From: Candidatus Buchananbacteria bacterium
GTDB taxonomy: Bacteria; Patescibacteriota; Patescibacteriia; CAIXNZ01
Assembly: GCA_014729025.1 (NCBI GenBank)
Contig: WJKP01000045.1
Location: 20,015 to 84,014, forward strand
DNA length: 64,000 nucleotides
Direction of reading: 5' to 3'
Shown here: positions 10,195 through 19,078 of the stretch, one piece after another
Layout of the letters: every line of letters starts with the position of its first letter
How positions within the stretch are numbered: position 1 is the first letter of the stretch
The notes under the pieces: generated by a model
Databases searched by the model: none
Seen by the model: only the letters and a program-made list of their open reading frames with translations
Told to the model about the DNA's origin: nothing
Translations under genes and position numbers: made by a program

Positions 10195-11235
10195 ATGAAA
10201 TCTAAAAATTTTATTAATAATAAAATTTTTCTTATTACTGGTATTATATTGCTAAGCTATATTTTTTTATTTACCTCAAATTTAAAAGCAGCTTCCCCCA
10301 CAAAACAGGCTGAATTAACCCTACAAGTTCCTTTACTTGGTTATACGAAAGCTTCGGGTATAGCAGAATATATAGGTAAAATATATGAAGCATCACTTTA
10401 TATTATAGTACCGATTGTTATTGTTATAATAATATTTGCTGGTATTAAATGGATTTTTGCTGGGGGAGATGTATCTAAAATAAAAGAAGCTAAAAAATAT
10501 ATTACCAGTGCTTTTATTGGTTTAACTATAGCCCTTTTAAGTTATGTTATTTTATCATTTATTGGTATAACTGAATTAGGGACACCTGAAATTAAGCATA
10601 TTGAAGAAATAGAATCACCTGATATTTTTAGCGCTCCACCAACTGGGTTTAATGTTAGCGCACCAGGTGTTATTCCTGGCGATATTTATTGTCCTAAATC
10701 AGGAGGTGCTGCATCCATGGAAAAAATAGCCAAATCAGCAGTTGGTAGGGTTACTTATAGAATGGGAGGGAAAATCTGGAACGGACCGCCTTATACTGCT
10801 GATAGTAAGGATTGCGGAGTCGCTCCTTGTAAATCTTTTTGTCCAACAGGAACTGTTTGCCTTGACTGTTCTGGCTTTGTGAGTTTTGTATATAAATGTG
10901 GTGGTTTAAAAGGCCCCCCTTCATATACTGGCTCGATGTTTGGTTGTAATTGCAGTAAAAGTGAAAAAATTAATAATGTTGGACCCAACTCAATAAACGG
11001 TAAAACATTAGTCCCTGGTGATTTTGTTGGTTATCCTTCTGGCTGTAAACACGGAGTCGGCCATGTTTACATTTATGTTGGCGGTGGAACCATATTTGAA
11101 AGCCATGGCGGTGGCGGAACTTCAAACCCCAATAGTGGCAGACATCCTGGTAAAGCTATTTTAGGCACACCTTTTAATTCTCACCGCTGGGTAGGCGCTG
11201 GCAAACCTAAATGCGTGGTTAGAATTAATCCTTAA
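10195..11235 (+). CDS. Secreted protein with a VirB2/TrbC-pilin-like N-terminal two-helix module fused to a Cys-rich NlpC/P60 peptidase domain (paralog 1 of 3)
   Basis: The N-terminal module is LQVPLLGYTKASGIAEYIGKIYEASLYIIVPIVIVIIIFAGIKWIFAGG...FIGLTIALLSYVILSFIGI. The C-terminus carries the NlpC/P60 catalytic Cys in CLDCSGFVSFVYKCGG and His in GHVYIYVGGGTIFESHGG. Confidence 0.7.
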   Translation: MKSKNFINNKIFLITGIILLSYIFLFTSNLKAASPTKQAELTLQVPLLGYTKASGIAEYIGKIYEASLYIIVPIVIVIIIFAGIKWIFAGGDVSKIKEAKKYITSAFIGLTIALLSYVILSFIGITELGTPEIKHIEEIESPDIFSAPPTGFNVSAPGVIPGDIYCPKSGGAASMEKIAKSAVGRVTYRMGGKIWNGPPYTADSKDCGVAPCKSFCPTGTVCLDCSGFVSFVYKCGGLKGPPSYTGSMFGCNCSKSEKINNVGPNSINGKTLVPGDFVGYPSGCKHGVGHVYIYVGGGTIFESHGGGGTSNPNSGRHPGKAILGTPFNSHRWVGAGKPKCVVRINP

Positions 11236-11241
11236 ATTAAT

Positions 11242-12195
11242 ATGAAATTTAAAAAAATAAAATTAACAATATTTTTTTCTGTTATTTTTTTATCCGTTAA
11301 ACCATTAGTTGGGTTAGCCACAACAGCAGAAACAGCTAAGTTAAAATTGCAAGTACCTTTATTAGATTACACGGAAGCAAGCAACATAGCCGAATACATC
11401 GGTAATATTTATACCGCAGTTTTATATATTATTGTTCCAATTATAATTGTTGTAATAATTTTTTCTGGTATTTTATGGGTTATAGCAGGTGGCAATCAAG
11501 AATTAATCAATAAAGCTAAAAGTCGAATTTTACATGGATTTATTGGTTTAGGTATTGCTTTATTTAGTTATGTTTTACTTTCTTTTGTTGGAATAAAAGA
11601 AATAACAACACCGGGTATCGCTAAAATTGATCCGGTAAAAGGACAATACATAATTATCGATGGAGAAGTTTTATCTGTTGATGAAGCTATGTCAAAACTT
11701 CCACCAGAAAGAAGGGGGAAAATGAGTGCTTTTGATGCTGCCAGCTGTCCCAAAGGACAAACAACATTTGAGGTCTTCTTCACAAATTATTATTTTCCAC
11801 AATATGGAGAATCTTATGGCAATAACGACTTTTTTTGTAATGTTGGCATGCAGTGCAGCTGCCCCAAAGGCAAAGATACAAGTAGACAATGTAATTATGG
11901 GAAACGATATAATCCCTGTGCTTATTTCCCGAAGGGAACGCCTTATTGTAATGCAACCGCCTCTGGCAGACCTCCCAAGGCGAATTATACGGTAGCTGCT
12001 GATGATTCCTGTTTTAAATATGGTTGCAAATTTACTATTCAAGGAAGCGCTTCTAATACATACGAAATTATGGATACTGGTAGTTGGATAAAAAACAGAC
12101 ACATGGATTTATTTGTTGGTACTAGAAGTAATATTAATAAAATCCATGGCGTATATACTATTAATTTATTAAACCCTTCAGCCTGCTTTAAATAA
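11242..12195 (+). CDS. Secreted protein with a pilin-like N-terminal module fused to a Cys-rich 3D (MltA/YuiC-like, DPBB) domain (paralog 2 of 3)
   Basis: The N-terminal module is LQVPLLDYTEASNIAEYIGNIYTAVLYIIVPIIIVVIIFSGILWVIAGG...FIGLGIALFSYVLLSFVGI. The C-terminal ...YEIMDTGSWIKNRHMDLFVGT resembles the conserved-Asp 3D domain. Confidence 0.6.
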   Translation: MKFKKIKLTIFFSVIFLSVKPLVGLATTAETAKLKLQVPLLDYTEASNIAEYIGNIYTAVLYIIVPIIIVVIIFSGILWVIAGGNQELINKAKSRILHGFIGLGIALFSYVLLSFVGIKEITTPGIAKIDPVKGQYIIIDGEVLSVDEAMSKLPPERRGKMSAFDAASCPKGQTTFEVFFTNYYFPQYGESYGNNDFFCNVGMQCSCPKGKDTSRQCNYGKRYNPCAYFPKGTPYCNATASGRPPKANYTVAADDSCFKYGCKFTIQGSASNTYEIMDTGSWIKNRHMDLFVGTRSNINKIHGVYTINLLNPSACFK

Positions 12196-12211
12196 AATTT
12201 TACGACACATC

Positions 12212-13357
12212 ATGAAAAACCATAAAAAAACAAAATATTTATTAATTATTTTTATTGTAATTTTTTTATTTTGTTTAGCTACAAACACTGTAAATGCTCA
12301 ACAGACTTGTGAACAAAAATATCCGGGTGGGGATGGCGTCTGTCGTGATACTTGTAAAGATTGGGAATCTGAAGATAGTGCTTCTGGACTTTGTTCTGAT
12401 GCAAATGAAACATGCTGTCACGAATTTGCTGAAACAGCCAGCTTACAACTACAAATACCGATTTTGCAATACACTGAATCTTCAAATGTTTATGAATATG
12501 CCGGTAATATTTATACTGCTGCTTTATATATTATAGTACCAATCGCAATTGTAGTTATTATTATATCCGGTATAATTTGGGCGTCTTCAGGCGGTAATGC
12601 CGAACAAATGCAATCCGCTAAAAATATGATTTTAAGGGCTTTTATTGCTCTTGGTATTGCACTTTTAAGTTATACGATTTTATCCGTTGTAGGTATTACC
12701 TCTATCGGCGGCGGGGCAGGGGTAACCTATCTAGAACCAACATCTGAAGAATACGGAATTTTAGAATTTGAAAACTCAGTTGGCATGTCAACAGGAGTCA
12801 CCGGTGCTAATTATCCCAGTATTGGGGGCAAATGTTTTCCAGTTGCCGCTAATAGTTTTAAAAAAATTAGCTGGAATTGGGGAAATAGAAGAAGTGATGG
12901 AAAAAGATGTCATGCCGGAATCGATATTTATACCAAAAGTCCTGGCCATGTTATTGCTATTGCTGAAGGGGTTATAACTGGAATCTCTAAAAATTTTTAT
13001 ACTTGCAAATCCGGCTGGACAGGCCCTGGCAAAGTAGGTAAAATTATGATTAACCACGGCATCCATACAATAAATTATGCTGAAATAGATGTTGATAAAT
13101 TTGCTGGTGGTATACGAATCGGTAAAACTGTAAAAGCCGGAGAATTTCTGGGTGTTGCCGGACATTGCGGTATGTTGCATTTTGAATTATATAAAGGTAA
13201 AACAAGCAACAGCACCCCCTGGTACCCACCTTCAGGTAAAAGGGTAGGAGGAGCAGCAAATTATTGCCGCGCCCATTATCTTTCTTCTAAGCCAGCGAAT
13301 CTACTTGATCCCTCAAAAACAATACAAGCTTTACAAAGTAATATGTGTGGTAAATAA
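12212..13357 (+). CDS. Secreted protein with a Cys-rich leader, a pilin-like module and a divergent M23 peptidase domain (paralog 3 of 3)
   Basis: The module LQIPILQYTESSNVYEYAGNIYTAALYIIVPIAIVVIIISGIIWASSGG...FIALGIALLSYTILSVVGI is present. The M23-like motifs are CHAGIDIY (HxxxD) and GHCGMLHFELY. The N-terminus has 6 Cys in 40 aa. Confidence 0.65.
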   Translation: MKNHKKTKYLLIIFIVIFLFCLATNTVNAQQTCEQKYPGGDGVCRDTCKDWESEDSASGLCSDANETCCHEFAETASLQLQIPILQYTESSNVYEYAGNIYTAALYIIVPIAIVVIIISGIIWASSGGNAEQMQSAKNMILRAFIALGIALLSYTILSVVGITSIGGGAGVTYLEPTSEEYGILEFENSVGMSTGVTGANYPSIGGKCFPVAANSFKKISWNWGNRRSDGKRCHAGIDIYTKSPGHVIAIAEGVITGISKNFYTCKSGWTGPGKVGKIMINHGIHTINYAEIDVDKFAGGIRIGKTVKAGEFLGVAGHCGMLHFELYKGKTSNSTPWYPPSGKRVGGAANYCRAHYLSSKPANLLDPSKTIQALQSNMCGK

Positions 13358-13363
13358 ATTATT

Positions 13364-13744
13364 ATGAACCATTATTCTAATATTGAACAAATCTTTAATC
13401 AAGCCAGTAAATGTTTAAAAGTTACAGGGTTTGCTTTTAAAGTAATGAATAGAAAAGCACCAATTAATACATCTAAAAATTTTTCTGTTGGTTATATTAA
13501 TTTAAAAACAAAAATAATTGCTTTGGATATTTATACCCCCAAAAGAAGACAACCTAAAAGCATTAATTCAATTTTACGTATAATTGCCCACGAAATAGCA
13601 CATTATCAAAAAAAGCCTTATAAACAATATTTTAAAGGACGCTGGATAACCAGAAGCCACTATCCAGGCTTTTATAAACAAGTAAATAAGAATATTAAAA
13701 AATTACAAAAAGATAAGGAATTAGGTGAATATTTTAAAAAATAA
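13364..13744 (+). CDS. Short basic HExxH protein of the DUF45/YgjP/SprT-like zincin family
   Basis: IIAHEIAHYQKKPYKQYFKGRWI...HYPGFYKQV resembles the HELxHLxxxNHSxxFW motif of DUF45 metal-dependent hydrolases. It is only 126 aa. Confidence 0.45.
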   Translation: MNHYSNIEQIFNQASKCLKVTGFAFKVMNRKAPINTSKNFSVGYINLKTKIIALDIYTPKRRQPKSINSILRIIAHEIAHYQKKPYKQYFKGRWITRSHYPGFYKQVNKNIKKLQKDKELGEYFKK

Positions 13745-13767
13745 AAATAAAATATAATTAAAATAAA

Positions 13768-13800
13768 AAAGAAGGTATTTGAAAAAACCTCTTTTTTTTT
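13768..13800 (+). terminator. Intrinsic terminator after the HExxH gene
   Basis: An imperfect hairpin aagaaggt-atttgaaaaa-acctctt is followed by T9. Confidence 0.5.
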
Positions 13801-14061
13801 ATTAATAAATTAAAAGGAGAGTGGTTATCTTACGAACAGCATTGCGACGCACAATATATCTTATACGACACAACAAGCGTATATTTACACAAGTGCCTTT
13901 CTTATTAATTTCTAAAAAATAAAAATTTATACATTTTGTAAAATTTTCAAACTTTATTTAAATTTAATAATAATTTCAATTAATTCAAACGGATAAAATC
14001 TATTATATTATATTTAATTAATACTTCCAGATTCAAATATTTAACTCAAATAACCCAAGTA

Positions 14062-14090
14062 TTGACAAATCGTCAAATATATGATATATT
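14062..14090 (+). promoter_or_regulatory. Near-consensus sigma-70 promoter with an extended -10 (TTGACA-N17-tgaTATATT)
   Basis: TTGACA lies at 14062-14067. A 17-nt spacer follows. TG is at 14082-14083 and TATATT at 14085-14090. The promoter sits about 38 nt upstream of the aaaaggaggt SD and the ATG at 14128. Confidence 0.55.
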
Positions 14091-14127
14091 ATAAAATTGC
14101 ATTTAATCTTAAAAGGAGGTAACGGTA

Positions 14128-14274
14128 ATGCCAATACTGAATTGCCCACAATGCGGCGCTCAAATGAATTATTTTGATAATAATTCTAGAGCTCAATGCC
14201 CAATCTGCAAAACCTGGGATTTTGCTTTCAGGTTGCTAAAATGGACAAAACAGACTACACCGGCAACAATGTAA
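14128..14274 (+). CDS. 48-aa zinc-ribbon small protein (CxxC...CxxC), not in the ORF track
   Basis: The product is MPILNCPQCGAQMNYFDNNSRAQCPICKTWDFAFRLLKWTKQTTPATM. A strong SD AAAAGGAGGT is 7 nt upstream. A consensus promoter lies upstream. The ORF is followed by a caccggc/gccggtg-like hairpin and T-run that overlap the ftsQ 3' end. Confidence 0.5.
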   Translation: MPILNCPQCGAQMNYFDNNSRAQCPICKTWDFAFRLLKWTKQTTPATM

Positions 14275-14297
14275 AGTTGTATAAGACCGGTGCTTTT

Positions 14298-15209
14298 TTA
14301 TTTAAATTTATAATAAATACTTTCACCTAATCTCAAATCTATATAATCCAAAGCTGATAAATTTTCTTTTTTTATCTTATCTCTAATTAAGACATTTAAA
14401 CGATTTATTTGGCTATCAACTGAATCAGCCAAATTAAAATGGATTTGCCAATTATTAAGCGTAGTAATTGTTATATATTCAGGAAAATTATTAGGTACTG
14501 ACAGCTCTTTTATTACAAAGGAATCACTTTCTTCCAATTTTGTTAATAAATTAAAAATAAAATTTATATCTTGAGGATTAATAATTTTATCACCTAAATT
14601 AATATCCTGATTTGCCAGATTTTTAATTATCAATAAATTATCATTTTGCTTATTATCATTTTCAGGATCAATTTGGGTTAATTGAAAAATTTTAGGCGTA
14701 ACTAATTTATAATATCTTTTTATAATAATTCCCTGCTGATCAACCAGATAAGTCTGCTGATTAGTCAACCATTTAAACGCAACGTCTTTTTCTTGAATAT
14801 TTATCCTTATAGTATTTGGCAAGATTTTCTCAATAACTATATTATCCAAAATTACAACTTTATTTATATTTGATGCCAAGGCTGACTTACTAAATAAAAA
14901 AATATTATTATTTTTAAAAAATAATAATTTATTTTTAGCTAAATAATTATTAGTAATATCTAAAACATCCTCAGTAGATATTATTTCATTACCAGTAACC
15001 TCAACGTTAGTAATATTATAAAAATTAGAAAAAATAAAAAAATACAAACAACCGAGAATCCCCAAAATCAATAATAAATTTATTATTCTAAAAAGTTTAA
15101 ATTGAAACACCCCCTTTTTTATTTTTAAAGGATTTTTATAACGCACCTGCCGTTCCACCCTGTATAATTTATTCGCGAATTTATTTTTTCTTTTTTTCTT
15201 AAAAAACAT
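14298..15209 (-). CDS. ftsQ: Cell division protein FtsQ/DivIB-like (POTRA domain)
   Basis: A basic cytoplasmic N-terminus is followed by a single TM (LLILGILGCLYFFIFSNF) and a POTRA-like ITNVEVTGNEIISTEDVLDI. The gene lies in a dcw-like context. Confidence 0.65.
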   Translation of the reverse strand: MFFKKKRKNKFANKLYRVERQVRYKNPLKIKKGVFQFKLFRIINLLLILGILGCLYFFIFSNFYNITNVEVTGNEIISTEDVLDITNNYLAKNKLLFFKNNNIFLFSKSALASNINKVVILDNIVIEKILPNTIRINIQEKDVAFKWLTNQQTYLVDQQGIIIKRYYKLVTPKIFQLTQIDPENDNKQNDNLLIIKNLANQDINLGDKIINPQDINFIFNLLTKLEESDSFVIKELSVPNNFPEYITITTLNNWQIHFNLADSVDSQINRLNVLIRDKIKKENLSALDYIDLRLGESIYYKFK

Positions 15210-15215
15210 TATAAT

Positions 15216-15950
15216 TTATATTTTCTTATAATAATTTGAAGCAAATCTTGATATTAAATAGCTCCAAACAGCATGAACACCAAACTTATTCAAATTAGCT
15301 TGCCCCTCTTCCCCATTAACATTGAATTTAAATTTTTGACCATTTTCAATTTGCTGCAAGTTATAAGCTCTTATTAATGACTTATCTGATAAACCAAATT
15401 TATAAATTTTATTCTTTGGTAATTCCAACTCAGATAATAATAAGTCTTCATTTAAAATAATGGCACTCCCCCTCACCCAAAAACCAATCAATCCCTTGAC
15501 AGATTCTTGAGATTTTTTGCTAAAATTAGCATCAAAATCACTAAAGATGACGATATTAGGCTGTTTAAACTTAAATAAATATCTAATATCTTTTAGGTTA
15601 TTAATTGTCACCTCCAAAACCAAAATTTCCTTAATGTCATTGCTTTTTATTTTCTTGAATAATAATTTATTAAATCCGTTAAAAAATAATTTAAGCCATT
15701 TAAAAACAGAAGAAAAACCAGCTTGTAAATTTAAAATGGACAAAGGCACGCCAATTTCAGAATTATATCCCTTTAAATTGCCTCTTACTTTATATTTATT
15801 ATCAGCTAAATCCTTAACTATTTCTTCTTTTATATTACTGCGATTAATTTGACCAAAAACTAAAATTATCTCCGGTTTAAATTTTTTAATATAAAATTGG
15901 GCCTGCCAGCTCAATATAAAAACAGCCATTTTCCTGAAAATTTTTTTCAT
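15216..15950 (-). CDS. Truncated MurF-like Mur ligase paralog with a degenerate P-loop (N-terminal and central domain only). It may be a pseudoenzyme or a relic.
   Basis: Against E. coli MurF, SWQAQF matches QWRAQF. IILVFGQINRSNIKEEIV sits in place of VIAITGSNGKTTTKEM, so GxxGKT is lost. GNLKGYNSEIGVPLSILNL matches GNLNNDIGVPMTLLRL. The C-terminal domain is absent (244 aa against ~450). Confidence 0.55.
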   Translation of the reverse strand: MKKIFRKMAVFILSWQAQFYIKKFKPEIILVFGQINRSNIKEEIVKDLADNKYKVRGNLKGYNSEIGVPLSILNLQAGFSSVFKWLKLFFNGFNKLLFKKIKSNDIKEILVLEVTINNLKDIRYLFKFKQPNIVIFSDFDANFSKKSQESVKGLIGFWVRGSAIILNEDLLLSELELPKNKIYKFGLSDKSLIRAYNLQQIENGQKFKFNVNGEEGQANLNKFGVHAVWSYLISRFASNYYKKI

Positions 15951-15962
15951 GATTAAATTATT

Positions 15963-17264
15963 TTATTTTTTAGTAATTTTCTGCTGATTTGCTAAATACG
16001 GTCTTAAAACTTCTGGTATTGTTATACTACTATCTTTATTTTGATAATTTTCCCAAAGAGCTATTAAAATACGAGGCGAAGCCAAGGCAGTATTATTTAA
16101 AGTATAAGCGTACTTAGTCTCGCCTTTTTGATCCTTATATCTAAGATTTAAGCGGCGAGCTTGCCAATCAGTTAAAAAAGAATCGGAATGAGTTTCCGAA
16201 TAAGCCCGGCGAGAAGGCATCCAAGTTTCAAGATCATACATTTTATATTTACCTGCTCCCATATCACCAGTACAAATTGAAACAACCTGATAAGGTAATT
16301 TAAAATCCTGTAAAATTTCTTCGGCAATTTCACGTAAATTTTCCAAAAATTTTAAACCTTCTTTAATATCAGCCTGACAAATAATTACCTGCTCAACTTT
16401 CCAAAATTCATGCAACCTATAAATACCCCGGGTATCTTTCCCATAACTACCAACTTCACTTCTATAGCAAGGAGAAAAAGCGCAATATTTTAAAGGTAAT
16501 TCTTTTTTATCCAAAATTTCATTGGCATGATAAGCAAGCAAGGCCGGCTCAGAAGTTCCGGCCAAAAATAATGACTCTTTGACTTTTTCACCTGTTTCCA
16601 ATTTACCAGGATTGCCAATCTGATAAACTTCTTCTTTGCCTTCCGGAAAATGCCCTGAACCGATTAAAGCCATTTCTCTGACTAAAGTTGGAGGGATAAA
16701 AGGCGTAAAACCTTTAGCAATTAATTTATTAAAAACATACATTAAAACAGCTAGATGCATTCTGGCACCATCATTTTTCAAATAATAACCACGAAAACCA
16801 GATGCTTTTACTCCTCTATCAATATCCAAAATATTCAAGTCTTTACCTAACTGCAAGTGATCTTTAATCTTAAAATTAAACTCAGGTAATTCACCTTTTT
16901 TATCAATAACTTTATTAACAGATTCATCAGACCCAACCGGTGTATCTTCTGAAATAAGATTGGGTACTTTTAGCATCATTTCGTCAAATTGGGCTTTAAC
17001 TTTATCAAAATCATTTTCTAGAGCCATTAATTTATCTTTTAAGACTTTTCCTTCATTGATTAATTTATTAGTTCTTTTTTGGGGATCTTTGAGTAATTCA
17101 GCATTAGCATTTCTTTTCTGGCGTAAATCATCAATTTTTTGAATTAATTCCCGTCTTTTATCATCTAATTTTAATAATTTTTCATAATCTAATTCAATGC
17201 CTTTATTTTTAGTTACTTGTTTTAATTCTTGTAAATTGTCTCTTATAAAATTTATATCTAACAT
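15963..17264 (-). CDS. serS: Seryl-tRNA synthetase
   Basis: An N-terminal coiled-coil arm MLDINFIRDNLQELKQ... is followed by a class II core (FRGYYLKNDGARMHLAV..., GSGHFPEGKEEVYQ, CFSPCYRSEVGSYGKDTRGIYRLHEF). Confidence 0.9.
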   Translation of the reverse strand: MLDINFIRDNLQELKQVTKNKGIELDYEKLLKLDDKRRELIQKIDDLRQKRNANAELLKDPQKRTNKLINEGKVLKDKLMALENDFDKVKAQFDEMMLKVPNLISEDTPVGSDESVNKVIDKKGELPEFNFKIKDHLQLGKDLNILDIDRGVKASGFRGYYLKNDGARMHLAVLMYVFNKLIAKGFTPFIPPTLVREMALIGSGHFPEGKEEVYQIGNPGKLETGEKVKESLFLAGTSEPALLAYHANEILDKKELPLKYCAFSPCYRSEVGSYGKDTRGIYRLHEFWKVEQVIICQADIKEGLKFLENLREIAEEILQDFKLPYQVVSICTGDMGAGKYKMYDLETWMPSRRAYSETHSDSFLTDWQARRLNLRYKDQKGETKYAYTLNNTALASPRILIALWENYQNKDSSITIPEVLRPYLANQQKITKK

Positions 17265-17489
17265 ATATTTTAATGGTTAATATTGAGTAGTCTATTATAA
17301 ATAAAAATTTTCAGCTAAAATCCGAGCAAATTTTACTGTAAATAACAAAATAATCAAATTGTTTTAAGCTTAACTGCATAACTAAATTCTAGCAAAAATT
17401 GACATTGTAATCAAGATTTTATAAGATTTAAATATCAATAGCACATTAACAATCGCGAAAATAAATCAAAACCCAAAAAGGAGGAGAAC

Positions 17490-19073
17490 ATGTGTGGTAT
17501 CGGAGGTGAAGTCTTAAAAAATAAACAAAAAAAACTTATTGCTCTAAGAGCAAGGAATGCTGGTATTGCCATTAACTATCGAGGCAATGAATCTGCTGGC
17601 ATTACCATAACCGATGGGATTAACTTACGAACTCAAAAAGGCTATGGTGAATTTATTGAAGCTATTCCTTTAACCTGGGCTGAACTAAAAAAAGGATTGG
17701 CCGCAATTTTCCAAAACCGATATTCAACTACTGGTAGCGGTGTTAACCAGACCGAAAGAACCAGGCAAAAACCAATCAATCCCTTGATTGAATTTGAGGA
17801 TATGGAAGATTTGCCGGGCCTAGCCAACTGTCAACCTTTTTATTTAGACTCTGAAAAACTACGAATCAATATTGCTTTAGTGCAAAATGGCAACCTGACT
17901 AACCTTTCAGAAATAAAAACTTTTCTCGATAAACACGGGATTAATGAGTTTCTAACAGAAACTGACACTGAACTCATTGTTCGGTTAATTGTTTATTTTC
18001 TAGAAAATCCCCCCCATAACAAAGCAAAAGGCAAGCATCGTATTGTTACGGCAATAAAAACAACTATGCAAAAAATAAAAGGCGCTTATTCCTGCCTTTT
18101 GTTGACCAATGAAGGTATTTTTGCTTTTCGCGATCCTCATGGTATTCGCCCCTTAAAAATTGCTGAAACACCCGACAGTTTTATTTTTGCGTCAGAACCA
18201 GTTGCCTGGCACGGACGTGAAGCGACTTATCTGGGAAATGTCAGCCCAGGACAAATAATAGAGGCCCGAATTGGTTCAAAAACGCTTAAAACTCATCAGG
18301 GCGTAAAAAAAAGCAAAAGAGCTTTTTGTATATTTGAAGATATATACTTACAGGCTGGCTATAACGAAAAAGTTGCTGTAATTCGAAAAAAATTCGGAGA
18401 AAGACTTTTTGATTTACATGCCAAACCAGGCATTGTTATTCCGATAATGAATTCCGGTGAAATAGCCGCTTTAGGGTATCACTCTTCTCAGAGTTTAAAA
18501 TTCCCTGGCAAATCATTCTACTGGCCAGCGCTTTACAAAAATCCTCATGTGGGCCGAACTTTCTTAGAACCAGACGAAGAAGATCGCATCAAAAAGAATA
18601 AAAAGAAATACTTCACTTTATTCAAAGCTCTAAAAAAGGAGCTATATTTCCTGGCTAAGATGCAAAAGGAAATTTGGCTTATCTTTATTGATGATTCACT
18701 GGTTAGATCAAATGTTTCAAGGACGCTTATTAAAATAGTCAGACAATGCCTAAAAGAGCTTTATCCTGATATTTATGCCAAAATCAAGATTGCCTGGCTA
18801 CTTAGCTCGCCCCCCTATACACATCCTTGTTTTTATGGAGTTGATACTTATAATGTAAATGATCTTATTGCTGCTAAATTTGACAGTAATATTAAAAAAA
18901 TACGACAAAGTATCAATGCTTCTTACTTGGGCTACCTACCAATTGAAGATACATTAACTATCGCTGCAGAAGTACACGGGCTTAAATCAATAGATTTTTG
19001 TTGTGCCTGTTTTACTGGCAAATATCCAGTAAAAATAGATCCTCAACAAACTAAAATGTGTCTGGTTATTTAA
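17490..19073 (+). CDS. purF: Class-II (Ntn) glutamine amidotransferase with a C-terminal PRTase domain, amidophosphoribosyltransferase-like
   Basis: The protein starts MCGIGGEV (catalytic Cys2). NGNLTN, CQPFY and RDPHGIRPL blocks are present. The PRTase motif is IWLIFIDDSLVRSNVSRT. The SD is aaaaaggagga. Confidence 0.7.
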   Translation: MCGIGGEVLKNKQKKLIALRARNAGIAINYRGNESAGITITDGINLRTQKGYGEFIEAIPLTWAELKKGLAAIFQNRYSTTGSGVNQTERTRQKPINPLIEFEDMEDLPGLANCQPFYLDSEKLRINIALVQNGNLTNLSEIKTFLDKHGINEFLTETDTELIVRLIVYFLENPPHNKAKGKHRIVTAIKTTMQKIKGAYSCLLLTNEGIFAFRDPHGIRPLKIAETPDSFIFASEPVAWHGREATYLGNVSPGQIIEARIGSKTLKTHQGVKKSKRAFCIFEDIYLQAGYNEKVAVIRKKFGERLFDLHAKPGIVIPIMNSGEIAALGYHSSQSLKFPGKSFYWPALYKNPHVGRTFLEPDEEDRIKKNKKKYFTLFKALKKELYFLAKMQKEIWLIFIDDSLVRSNVSRTLIKIVRQCLKELYPDIYAKIKIAWLLSSPPYTHPCFYGVDTYNVNDLIAAKFDSNIKKIRQSINASYLGYLPIEDTLTIAAEVHGLKSIDFCCACFTGKYPVKIDPQQTKMCLVI

Positions 19074-19078
19074 AAATT

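Noticed and set aside
10791-12536. Several antisense or overlapping ORFs within the hydrolase paralogs (10791-10988, 11568-11783, 11692-12102, 11726-11995, 12279-12485, 12294-12536, 12768-13259)
   Set aside because: They are embedded in or antisense to well-supported CDSs carrying catalytic motifs. They are artefacts of Cys/Gly-rich coding sequence.
13801-14060. Possible ORF or ncRNA after AAAAGGAGAGTGG at ~13812
   Set aside because: No in-frame start with sensible spacing and no convincing terminator were found. It is treated as the AT-rich promoter region of the zinc-ribbon peptide.
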